NCBI GenBank assembly: GCA_001643675.2
Contig: LSRY02000021.1
Span: 186,001-250,000, forward strand
Reading direction: 5' to 3'
Origin: Monocercomonoides exilis PA203
Taxonomy: Eukaryota; Protista; Preaxostyla
DNA: 64,000 bases
In this document: positions 51,593 through 63,400 of the stretch, in pieces
Layout of the letters: every line of letters begins with the position of its first letter
Numbering within the stretch: position 1 is the first letter of the stretch
Notes under the pieces: generated by a model
Told to the model about the DNA's origin: nothing
The model's input: the letters and a program-made list of their open reading frames with translations, nothing else
Database searches by the model: none
Program-made: the position numbers and the translations under genes

Positions 51593-53418
51593 ATGGCTTT
51601 ATTTGAATTTCCAAGTTTTGACACGGACTGGAGCATGTCAATGTTTGATGATGAACAACGCTTCGAAAGAGATGTGTGCATGTTGATGGGTAGATGGGAA
51701 GTGAGTGCATTTATTTTTCATGAAGATTTTTTGGATCTATTGTTTGGATTTACTGTGCTCGTAGAAAATGAAAATTGGTTTAGTTCTGAGTTTGTGGAAA
51801 TGAAGGCAAAAGAAGGATGGGAACTCGGAAGTGGAGTGAAACCCGAAGAGATCAATCAAATTTTCATAAAAATGAGGGAATATATTCTACAATCTGTTGC
51901 AAAGAGATTAACAAGCCTCAAACGATTGGAAACACCAGAAAAACATCCAGCATTAGGAGCTTTAAAGAGTCCAATTGTTTTTTTCTTTTCGTGCATTATT
52001 GGAGAACTCGGTCGATTAATTTGGGAAACTACAAGCAAGGGATTATGCTTTGATTTGAGCAGAAAAGATTTTGTTTGTGAATTACATTCGCATATAGAGC
52101 AGCTTACAACTTATCCCCTTGAACTTTCTTATATTGAATCGATGTCTTCACTCCCTGGACTTCAAATTGCAAGCGACGAATTGGTGGCATACCAAATCGC
52201 AAAAAGTTTGCATAATTTGAAGTTAATTGCTTTAAATTTTTAACTCTTGTTTAAATTTTTCATCTGTCTACTTTTTTTCTAACGTGTATTTGTGTTTCAT
52301 TAGTGCAAATGAATCAAAGTCTTATGATTCCTAAAATTGATGAATCCAAAAGTTGGAAAGAGGATTCGCATGTTTCACAAACTGTTCAACAGACTGCAGA
52401 TATTCAATCTTCGTTGACGACGGCAAAGTTGCCAACTTCATCAAATTCATCAGATTTATCTGTTTTCAAAAATGAAAGAGATGATGCAATTGGATTCAAA
52501 GAGAACAAAGTTGATGAAATTGTGAAGGAAGAACAAAAGAAAGAGCAAGATCATTTTTTTAGTTCTTTCGGAAGAAAATTAGATATAACTCCAACAAGCG
52601 GATATGGTTTCAACATTGGCTTCGATGGAGTTGACAATTATTATGCGGGTGGACACGGAAGCGGAAGCGTTGGATTCGAATGTTGCGAATGCAGCGGAAT
52701 GAAAACCGAGGCACAGCTTGAAGCACCTTCAAGTGGGCGTGCTGACATGATGACAGTTTCCCAATGCAAAGGAGTGATGTGGCTGAATGGTGTCAGTGTT
52801 TCGCTCGACCGCTTGATCAGCGTGTTTGGGCAGAGAGTGGGTGATGCATTGTGGAGGCACTGGGTTATGCGCTGTGAAGGGAGGAGTCCAAAAGGGGAGA
52901 ACAAAAGATTCCGCGAAGATGTGCTGGTGGTGCTGAAGATGTGGTATGAGGAGAAAAAGAAAGGACTTGCAAAGGAGATTATGCGGTTGATGGACTACGG
53001 AAGCTTAAAAGCGGGAGAAGAAGATGAGAGAAAAGAAAATGAGGAAATGGATCGAACTACTCGGAATTTGAGTTCTTTGAAAAGTGGAACGAAAGTTATC
53101 GGTGTTTATGGATCCAAAGAAGAGCGCCGCTTGCTTGGCATCGTTACAGGGCTTACTAACATTCAAATCACAAATTGGATTTCGAACATGAGGAATCGAG
53201 ATCCTTTGAAAAAGAAACTGAAAAAAGAATTAAAGAGGAAACGAGAAATAAAAGAAAAGGATGATTTTGCAGATGATCAAGGCGTTATGGGGAAAAAAGA
53301 AATCGATGAAACTTCTGAAGAAGGAAGTGGATTTGGTTTTGAGAAAATGAAACGTTCTTGGAGCATCGGAGATGGGTTGTGGAACGAATCAGAAAGTTTG
53401 AAAAATTGTTTGTCATAA
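51593..53418 (+). CDS. TALE-like homeodomain transcription factor; at least 2 exons, start may lie further upstream
   Basis: KRFREDVLVVLKMWY...VYGSKEERRLLGIVTGLTNIQITNWISNMRNR. A phase-1 intron at about 52206-52303 joins the two ORFs. Confidence 0.75.
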
Positions 53419-54603
53419 CAAGAGTGAACAATAAATGAGGTTGAGATGATGTTAAAAAATGTAATTTCACTTCAACAGGGAAGTTGTTTCGATAAAATAT
53501 TTAACTTTATTGTTTTTGTTCCAATCATTTCATATTTACACATTTTTAATTCTACGTAATTAAAATATAAATTCATTGTAAAGAAATTTTGAAGTTTTTA
53601 AAAAGAAATTAAGTAAAAAATTATGAAAAAGCACAAATTATAAGTTTTTCTTATGAAATAAGATTTTTCTTAAATGATGAGGTTTAACTTGTGAAAATCA
53701 CTTTCATAAAAAGTTCCAATACACTTATTTCTGAAATTGTGTTAATTTGGGGCAAAATATTTTTCTTCAGTCATTTTCATAAAAACTTTTGCACTTTTCA
53801 TTATCTTTTTAAGATCAAAAAACACAATAAAAATGGGTCCATTTTTTGATATTCGTGAAACGTTGGAAAACTTTTTGATTTGATCTCAAAGAAATCAGTC
53901 TTCAGATGTGAAAATCCTATTTATTTTGAAATCTGGAGGAAAAATACGTCTTTTCAAGCTTTTTTTTGCAAAAGGTGTTGAAAAATTGCTTTGCTCAAAA
54001 CTTTATTTCACTTTCTCTGATTTTAAAACAAATTTGTTTTTCATTCCTGGAAACAGGCATCGTTGTAATCATAACCTAAAGTTTTCCAACATTTCACGAA
54101 TGTCAAAAAACGAACACATTTTTATTGTGTATTTTTATACAAAGAAGGAAATGAAAAGGACAAAAATTTTCAATGAAAATGCCTGAATTGTAATACTTTG
54201 TCCCAACTATAAAAGTTCAAAAAAGTTATGAGTGAACCAAAGATTTATTTATTTGGTCAAAAAAGCTTGATAATTTATTTTCTCCTCAATTTGTTATTTT
54301 CTTTATAGTCACAATTGCACACAGAAATTAATAAAAGAAAAACTGAAGTTTTTATTTCCTGATTTATCTGTCTCTCTTTTGAAAGTCAAAAATTTTTAAA
54401 AAGTTATAAGCAATTATTATCATTTATTGAACAAAGGAAGAAAGCTTCCTTTATCAAAGTTTTTGAAAAAAAGCATGAAAAAAGTTTTTTTTTTGATTCT
54501 TCTTTTCCGCAAAAAAGGAAATAAAAAATGGATGAAGAAATAATTTATCTTTCAAAAGCTCATTTTTCAATAAAAAAAGTGAGAGATTCTTTTTGTTTCC
54601 ATA

Positions 54604-54899
54604 CACCAAAAATAATTCAAAGTCGAAAAACTTTCAATCAAAGTCGAAAAACTTTCAAACGAAATCGAAAATTATTATTCGAAGTCGAAAAACTTTCATT
54701 CAAAGTCGAAAGTTTTCATTCGAAGTCGAAAAACTTTCATTCAAAGTCGAAAAACTTTCATTCAAAGTCGAAAAAGTTTCATTCAAAATCGAAAAAGTTG
54801 CAAACGAAATCGAAAAACTTTCAAACGAAGTCGAAAAACTTTCAAGCAAAGTCGAAAAACTTTCAAACGAAATCGAAAAACTTTCAGTCGAAATCGAAA
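54604..54899 (+). repeat. Left TIR: array of about 21-bp units (TTCAAAGTCGAAAAACTTTCA)
   Basis: About 14 tandem units, inverted relative to the array at 59416-59794. Confidence 0.92.
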
Positions 54900-55279
54900 T
54901 TGTTAAATGGAAATCTAAGGAAATAAATAAATAACGAAACAGAGTAACAGTTGAATTTTTTAATACTATATTTTTTATCAATTTGAATGTTGAAGTTATT
55001 TTAGTTATTCATTATAGAAGAATTATTGAATAACACTTTTAGTGAATTGAACTTTTGCACGTTTCAGCAAATTTTTCATAATTAACATAAATTGTTGATT
55101 TTTCAGTTTTGAGTTGACATCATTATGATAATAAATGAAATATTGAAGATATTGAAAAAACGATATAAACATTTTTTTTTCAATTGAAGAAATATATTTT
55201 TATAATGGAATAGATGATCTGTTTTAAATGGAGATTTATTCCAACCGTTGAAAAAAGAGTTAAATTCATTTGTGAAAGG

Positions 55280-56985
55280 TGTTCCACAGTATCATTAGTT
55301 ATGTATTATTTATTTTGATTGATTGTTTTCGATTCATTTCTTTTTATTGGGAAAGAAGAAATGTGCTGTCTCAAACTGTTTATTTTGCGTCTCAGGCGAT
55401 TGTGTTATAAACTGAGTTGAAGATTGGACGATTTTGAGGTATGTGTTTTTTATGAATTGATGTGATTTTAAAATAATTGTTCAATCTTGTTATTTTTTTT
55501 TATATTTTGAAAAAACCCAGGAAAAACTCAGAGATAAAAGGTTATATCAACAAGAAATGAATTTAGAGATGCCAGAAAGCACGATCATCGTTGATAGCAG
55601 CAGCAACAAATACTATTATTTAAATGGAACAAGTACGGTGAAAGGCATATTCTCACCAGGCGATCGTGTCAGTTGTGCCCGAACTTGTGTAAATATCATC
55701 AACACCTCCTTGTGTGTGACCCATCTCAACATCATCCCCCTCGCAGGATGCCCACTCATCACTGTCCAACACCACTCGTCATGCACCATCCACCCGCCTT
55801 CACTCACCAACAACCACCACCACCACTGCCCACTCTTCCTCTCTGCCCATGCCTCCCTTGCCCTCACAAACTTCTCCCTCACCACCCACCAACCTGCCAT
55901 CTTCTCCTTCCCCCTCTTCTCCATCCCAAACAATCTCCTCCCAGATCCCCACTCCCCAATCCCTGCCTCCTTCTCCATCTCCCACTCCTCTTTCTCCTCG
56001 TTCATCCCCCTCATCCAGCCCTTCCTTTTTTCTCCTTCTTCCCTCTCTTCCCCATCCCCTTCTCCATCTCCTTCCCTTTCCCCTTCTCCTTCATCTTTCT
56101 CATCCTCATCCTCATCCACATCATCTTCTTTTTCTTCCCCTTCTCCTTCTCCTTCACCTTCCATTTCCTCTTCCTCTTTCTCTTCCCCTCTCCATATCCA
56201 TCACCAATCCCATCCCCACCTCCAAATCCACCTCAATCTCCATCTCTCAAACACCCTCTTCTCCAACATTTCATCTCCTCAATCCCCTCTATCTCTTCCA
56301 TCCATTCCCTCGCACTCACTCAATTCATTCACCTCAACCACCTCTTCCTCTTCTCTCTCTTCCACCAACATCAACACCAATACAATCCCCTCCTTCTCCC
56401 TTCACTCATCCATCTCTATCCACTCAACCATCTTCCTCCACACTCACAACCCCATCGATGGAACCATCCTCCCCAACCTCAACAGCCCATCCACTTCTCT
56501 CTCTGCATTCAACTCCTCATTTCTTCACCAAACTCGATCTTCATCAAATGATCCTGTTGAATATATTGGAACTGAAACTCAAAGAGTGAAACTTGGAAGA
56601 CTAACTTCATTCGATCAAAACAGTCATCGCTTCGAATGGTGCGAATGGAATGATTCAAATAGCGGAGGTAGTAATGGAGGCGCACTTTATGTTTATTGCT
56701 TGAATGCAAATCTCACAATCACTTCTTGCTCATTCAGCAATTGCTACTGCACAGGAGGATATAGTGGTGGAGCGTTATATTGTGGATATTTGTTAAAAAT
56801 TGATATCACAAAATCCAATTTCACAAGTTGTTCTGCTTTACATGGAGGAGCGAATTGTTTATCTACTCCACAATCAAATTCTGTTTGGACATTCTCAGAA
56901 AACAATGTTGAAGGTTGTGCAATAACAGATTAGTGTGGAACTGGTTGGTATTTTGGCCTTATTAACTCGCATTTGAATGTTCAAG
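55280..56985 (+). pseudogene. Truncated 5' fragment of a beta-helix-repeat surface protein gene carried inside the transposon
   Basis: Closely similar protein segment to 35776-36717 (NPIDG.ILPNLNSPSTSLSAFN.SFLHQTRSSSN..HRFEWCEWNDS). Intron at about 55439-55520. In-frame TAG at 56931, with similarity ending near 56985. Confidence 0.75.
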
Positions 56986-57491
56986 AATAATATTTCAGGT
57001 GCAAATAAAAAAAAATATAACTTTTTCTAAGAATACATTTTACTATTTATTAATTTATTCGATATTTTTTTAGGCAGATTTTTTTTCAATCAGAAGGAGG
57101 GAAATATTTTCTTGAGAGGCTAAGAATCCAGAATTAAGAAGAAAAAAACAAAATAATAAAAATTTCGAAAATATGGTTCGAAATGAATGCAGAACGAGAT
57201 GTTCAAATTGATGCGAAACAAGAGGTTTGAATTCTGGAATATTTTCTTTTATTTGAAATGAAAATATTGTTGATCAAGTTTTTCTTTTTGCAAAAAGCTT
57301 AAATTTTAGCATAAAAAATGAAACGATTATTTAAAATTATAAAAAATGAAAAGATCTTTAATATTTTAATATTTTGATTTCTTTTAATTAATAAGAATTC
57401 CAGCAATTTAAACTCAATAGAGTTTTTTTTGTATATTAGTCTTTATTGATCTTTATGTTTATTGTATTTAAATATGAAACCTGTTTCTTAT

Positions 57492-57512
57492 GGGGGGGGG
57501 GGGGGGGGGGGT
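57492..57512 (+). repeat. G21 homopolymer upstream of the transposase
   Basis: Run of 21 G in an otherwise very AT-rich region. Confidence 0.9.
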
Positions 57513-57626
57513 TCTACTCCATTTAACTTTCATAGGAAACTGGTGTGTGACATGGGGAGTAAATCCCACAAAATCATTTTAAATTTTATATAAATATAAA
57601 AAAAATGGGAAAACCATTAAGAATCA

Positions 57627-59219
57627 ATGAATTCAGAATTTTCAAAAACGAAGAAAAGCCTTCAAGAATTACAAGAAAAGGTTGAAAAATCTTCTTTACA
57701 TCATACATCAGAAAGGATAAACTCAAAATTGAAAAGGGCATCTGGAGAGTTGGAAAAAATTATTGAGGAAAAAACAAAAGAAATTCCTCCTGCGGACAGA
57801 CATATTCCTGATGCCGAACAAGCTGAAGAGTTACAGTTACTGCAATGCGAGACAATTATGGAAAAAAAGAAGCGAGGGCGCCCGAAAAAGAAAATCGAAA
57901 TCAACGAAGAAAAGAAGCAAAGAAAACAGTCTGTTCAACTTCCAAATGATATGAGAGAATTATTGAAGAAAGATTACAAAGATGGAAAAACTCTGGAAGA
58001 TCTATCAAAAAAATACAATATAAGCATATCCACAGCTTCAGTTATCGTACGAGAAGAAAAGCCACCAAAGCCACGAGGAGGAAAGGTTTACGAAAAAATA
58101 ACAAAAGAGGCATCAAACAAAATGGCTGAAATAATTCTGAGGAACCCAACTGTAACTTCCAAAGAATTGGCTGATTCAGTGAGTGGCTTATGCAAATCTA
58201 AACCTTCTGTATCAACAATTGGTCGCCATTTGAAATCTGATAAAATGATTGATCATGGATGCCCTGTTTTCTCTGTGAAAAGGTTGCGGAAATACGAAAA
58301 TGTTAGAGCTGATGAGAAAACATTAAATCAAAGAAAAGAATATGTCAGAAAATACATTCAGCATCAGATTGAAGGAAGAACATTTGTTTATATTGACGAG
58401 ACTGGATTCAACACTTTGGAATTAAGAACAGAAGGTCGCTCCCCAGTTGGAAAACGGTGTATACAGTACAGAGAGAAAGCGAAAATAGAAACGATCACAG
58501 CAATTACAGCTATCAGTGAACTTTCTGGAATTGAGCATGTCACGTTTGTTGAAGGAAGTGTAAATGACCAAAGTTTTAGAGTGTTCCTATTATCTTTAAT
58601 GGAGAAACTGCAATGTCATGGAAAAGAATCATTCTTATTTGTGATGGATAACGTGGGGCTGCACAAGACAGAGGCAGTGATTAATTTGATCACTTCAAAG
58701 AACTACGGCATCTTATATACTGCACCAAATAGTTGCGAACTAAATCCAATCGAATATGTGTTTGGAATGTGGAAAGCTCGACTGAAAATCCCTTCGACTA
58801 TAAAAACCAGCAAGAAGTTAATTGAGCATCTCAATCAATCATTGGAAGATATTACAAGAAAGGATGTTATTAAATGTCTAAACATGGTACAATTCAATTT
58901 ACTTCCTTTAGCACAGCAAGGGAAAGATCTCAGTGATTCGTACAAAAGTTCTCAAGCGAAGTGTAAAGAATTACACATTGAAGAAATTCTGCCTGAAAGC
59001 GACGATGTTCAAATTGTGCTATGTTCTTCTGCTTCTGCTTCAGCTTCTTCTTCATCTATTGTTTCTTCCAGATTTAGTCAACAACTTCATCAAGATTATT
59101 TTATTAGTTCTTTGCAAGAAGAAGAAACATCTTCTCCGTTGATTGAAATTCCAGAAACAAACTCTTTTCATCAATTATCACAAGATCTTCAAAATGAATT
59201 AAATTTTGATGTTGATTAG
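57627..59219 (+). CDS. IS630/Tc1-family DD34E transposase with AT-hook and HTH motifs
   Basis: YIDETGF, MDNVGLH, APNSCELNPIE with 34 residues between the second D and E. KKRGRPKK AT-hook; HTHs TLEDLSKKYNISISTAS and TSKELAD..PSVSTIGRHL. Intact 530-aa ORF. Confidence 0.93.
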   Translation: MNSEFSKTKKSLQELQEKVEKSSLHHTSERINSKLKRASGELEKIIEEKTKEIPPADRHIPDAEQAEELQLLQCETIMEKKKRGRPKKKIEINEEKKQRKQSVQLPNDMRELLKKDYKDGKTLEDLSKKYNISISTASVIVREEKPPKPRGGKVYEKITKEASNKMAEIILRNPTVTSKELADSVSGLCKSKPSVSTIGRHLKSDKMIDHGCPVFSVKRLRKYENVRADEKTLNQRKEYVRKYIQHQIEGRTFVYIDETGFNTLELRTEGRSPVGKRCIQYREKAKIETITAITAISELSGIEHVTFVEGSVNDQSFRVFLLSLMEKLQCHGKESFLFVMDNVGLHKTEAVINLITSKNYGILYTAPNSCELNPIEYVFGMWKARLKIPSTIKTSKKLIEHLNQSLEDITRKDVIKCLNMVQFNLLPLAQQGKDLSDSYKSSQAKCKELHIEEILPESDDVQIVLCSSASASASSSSIVSSRFSQQLHQDYFISSLQEEETSSPLIEIPETNSFHQLSQDLQNELNFDVD

Positions 59220-59415
59220 TCATTTAAATAATATCTTTCTTTCTTTTTGAGTGAAGTTTTTCTTTTTAATTGTTTTCTTTTCTTCACTTTGATTTTTATT
59301 TTGAAAACAATAATTATTAAACATTTCAATGTGAAAATAAAAAATAATTAAAATATAAAAATTAATTACCTGAAAATAATAACATTAATAAACTTATTTT
59401 CATTGCAACAAAAAA

Positions 59416-59794
59416 TATTCGATTTCGTTTGAAAGTTTTTCGACTTCGTTTGAAAGTTTTTCGACTTCGTTTGAAAGTTTTTCGATTTCGTTTGCAACTT
59501 TTTCGATTTTGAATGAAACTTTTTCGACTTTGAATGAAAGTTTTTCGACTTTGAATGAAAATTTTCGACTTTGAATGAAAGTTTTTCGACTTCGAATGAA
59601 AGTTTTCCGACTTCGAATGAAAACTTTCGACTTTGAATGAAAGTTTTCCGACTTCGAATGAAAACTTTCGACTTTGAATGAAAGTTTTCCGACTTTGAAT
59701 AATAATTTTCGATTTCGTTTGAAAGTTTTTCGACTTTGGTTGAAAGTTTTTCGATTTTGATTGAAAGTTTTTCGACTTTGAATAATTTTTGGTG
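59416..59794 (-). repeat. Right TIR: array of about 21-bp units
   Basis: About 18 units with the same order of variant units as the left array. Confidence 0.92.
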
Positions 59795-60432
59795 TAGTTT
59801 CTCAACAAAAAATAAAACCATTGAAGAATAAAGACTTCAAAGAAAGTAATTATTTCAAAAATTAATTACCTTTGTATCAAAAAATTGTTTTTCAAGCAAA
59901 TGGGTGATTGGTTTTGAAATCATTCTTTTTTTAAATACTGAAATTGGAGAGAATGCCTTGAATTATTTCTTATGATCATAGAAAAGTGATAACTTATTAT
60001 TTTTAGAAATTTATTGTGAGGGCGTGTCACAAATTTGTTTTGATAATGATATGTATTCGTTGAGCATTATTGTGGAAGATTTCTGGGGAATGACAAAAAA
60101 TATTTTTCATTATCATTAAGTCAATATTAAGTCATGACTTTCACAATAATATGTTCACATGTGAGCGATTTTCATGAAAAATTTGAATATTTATTTTAAC
60201 AGCGTTATCTGAAAGAAAATATGAATGCATCTGCAAAAATAAAAGTTTCATATAAATATTCCTCCATTTTATTTGGTTTTTTGGTATGAGAATCAAATGA
60301 AATGAAAATAAGTGTTTTTGTCTCATTCAATTTCTCAACAATAAAAAAATGAATAATGAAAATACTTAATTTTTAAGTGAGTTATTATAACTCTTAATTT
60401 ATTCAATCTTTTTCAGTTTTCCCAAGCGAAAA

Positions 60433-63400
60433 TTAAGAAGATGATGAGGTGCTAGGCTCATGTGAAGAATCTAACTGTGGTGAAAGTGGAATGCCTGATG
60501 AAACAGTTTGTGTTTGAGTTAATGTGGCTGGTGAAGAAGAAGAATTTTCTGATGTGACAGGAATTTGTAATGAAGAAGAAGAAGCAGAAATGGATGATTG
60601 AGTTGGAGAAGAATTAAAAGAAGAAGACGACTGCAACGACATTGCTTCTGCTTTCGATGAAGTTGATGATGAAGGAAATGTCGGAAATGGCTGCTGAGTG
60701 ATTGACGAAGAGAAGGGGAAAAATGATTCTGCACTTGACAGATGAGCAGGTCGAGATGATTTGCGCTGAAGAGAAATAGAAGAAGAAAGAGACTGATTGA
60801 AGCTTGTGTTCATTGCAGGTGAATAAGAAACAGATTCTCCAGACTGAGCTGTTTGCTCTGTCACCATCGGAATCTTCTGCTCAGAAAAACAATAATTTGC
60901 TTGCTGCTCGTCAGCATCTGTATTTGGCTGTGAATTCTGCTGGCTCTGCGACTGATAACTTTTCATGCTTCGTTGGCGAGTTTGCCGCTCAGAGGAAGCT
61001 TCCTTTTGCCTCACATCAAAATTTATACCATGCTCAGCACGCTGAAAATTCTGCATCGTCTCATTCATTTCTTCCTCTCCTTCTTCATTTTGAAGTATTT
61101 GTGTGGTGCCATCTTCGTTTTTTGAGATGAAATTGCTTAATTGCTGAGATGACTGCTGAAATAGAAGTGTGTTTTCAGGCATGCGGAGCTGCTGTGGTGG
61201 GGTCTTTTTTGCTGACTTTCCTGGCACAATAGAGTCATTTCGCGGTGAATGGGAAGCATTTCGAAAGGGAAGAACAGACGAAATCATCGACGAAGCAGAG
61301 CGGAGTGGTGCAGAAGACAGAAAGAAGGAAGGAGAAGACGAAGAAATCGAAGGAGTTGGAGCAGCAGAAGAAGAAGAGGAGGAGGAAGAAGAATTCGAAG
61401 CAGAAGCAGAAGACAACAAAAGAGCAGATGCAGACATGTTTGGATCAACGCGCCTTGGAGGATAAGCCAGGGAAGGAGAAGGAGAGATAACTGAGTTCTC
61501 AGTCACCGATGTATTTGAGAAGTCGAATGAAGGAGAACTGAAAGGTGACTGGGAACCAGAAAGAGAACGCAAAAGAAGTGAAGGTGTGGACATTGCCTGT
61601 GATGAAAGGGCAGCTGAAGGAGAAGACAGACAAGACGGAGACTGCGGCAAAGCAGAAGATTGAGAGACTAAATCTGCTCTGAGTGATTGCTGCTGAGACT
61701 GCAGCTGGGACATCTGCTGTGAAGACACAGAAGAAGAAGAGGAGGAGGAAGAGGAAGATGGAGATGATGATGATGAAGGGGATGAGGATGATAAAGACGA
61801 AGAAGGCGAATCAACACCGCCAAGATCGAGAAATGGAGAGTCCTGAAGAACACCCTGTGAAGGATCCATCATCTGCTGCTGGTACGAAAAGCCAAAGCTG
61901 TCACACGAAATGGGCGGTGTTGAGGCGAAGAAAGTTGAGTCGAGTCCGCCGTCGCCTGTGCCATACAGTTGGGCCATGCTGTTGATACTGCTCATATTTC
62001 CCATATTTCCCATGCTACCCATTCCATGCATCCCTCCAGCACCATTCACTGGGCTCATTGAATTCATCGCATTCATTGAGTTCATTGAGTTCATCGATCC
62101 CAATGCTCCCATCCCGTTCACTCCTCCCAGTCCACTCATCATCACCATTCCTCCACCAAATCTCATGTCTCCTCCCATTCCCATGCCCATCCCCAGCCCC
62201 ATTCCCATTCCACCTCCCATCTGCTGGCTCTGCTGCTGCTGCTGATTCGGCTGCTGCCCCAGTGTCAGTGACAGCCCCATCACAGCCGACTGCGACGGAG
62301 TGCCCCCTGACTCCAACAGCAGCTGGTGCGGCGACACCCTCCGGCTGTGCATCCTCAGCAGTCTCCCCCATCTGTATCTGCACTGAATGTCCGTTCGCCC
62401 CACCAGCCCCTGTGCAATGCGCGTCCAGTTTGACGTGCCGAAGCGGATGACACTCTGCTCCAGTACCGCGTCTTCCTCCGCCGACCACGCTGCCTTTTTG
62501 ATCGACGGCGCCAGGACGCGGTGCCAGTGCTGGCTGCACATGTCGCCTGTCCGGTTTCCCCCGACATATTCTGCAATCTTCTTCCAGTTGCTCATCCCAT
62601 ACTTCGCTACCGCCTGCTGCAGCCGCACGTCTTCGTAGTCTTTCCATTTGAGCGGGCGTCTTCTCTCAACTTTGCGTGTCTGGTGGGCAGGAAGCACAGA
62701 CGGCGAGAAGGAATACGATGGCTGCAGAGAAGAGGAAAGAGAACTCGACATTGAATACGAGGCAGAAGCAGAGTTGGGGTTGGAGCCAGGACCACCACCA
62801 GACGAAGAAGAAGGGAAATATTGCTGTGAATTAGGATTAGAAGAATTAGAATTAGAAGCAGATGATGATGATGATGATGATGACATAGCAGAATGGGGAT
62901 CCATCGCAAATCCAAATGAATGCGAACTCATCGAAGCTGAAGAGAGCGAGCGATGATGAGAGCGGTGGGCAGGCGGCGGATATTCCCCATCTGAGTCGTT
63001 GTAGTCGTCATCAAACTCCTTTTCAAACGATTCCATCAGAGAATGCGAATTCCCACCTTCTTTGCTCTTCCCTCTTCCTCTCCCGCGCCCACTGCTCCTC
63101 CCACTTCGCGCCCTCCCTCTCCCTCTGCCTCTTCCCCCGCCTCTTCCTCTTCCTTCTCTCTCTCTTTCCCTTTCCCTTTCTCCTCCCTCTCCGTTTTCTC
63201 CTCCACTTCCCTCTCCTCTCAGCTGCTCGTGTGCCTTGTCCTCATCCCAATCTGCATCTCCGCTGCTTTCTCTTCCTTCCCTTCCTTCTCTCCTCTCTCT
63301 TCTGTCTTCTCCATTCATCCCCCCTTCGCTCTCTTCCTCGTCCATCTCTGACTCAAAATCCAAATCTCGAATGAAATCGTCCAACTGCTGCGGATGGATC

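Larger units (their letters stand above)
54604..59794 (+). mobile_element. Complete IS630/Tc1/mariner DNA transposon (5.19 kb) with tandem-repeat TIRs, TA duplication and host-gene cargo
   Basis: ta|caccaaaaataattcaaagtcg ... cgactttgaataatttttggtg|ta. Contains a DD34E transposase. Confidence 0.88.

Noticed and set aside
54528-54981. ORFs with SKSKNFH/KVEKLS repeats (also 59362-59821) and a CRISPR-like appearance
   Set aside because: These are translations of the 21-bp TIR arrays. The units are contiguous with no unique spacers, so they are neither CRISPR nor proteins.
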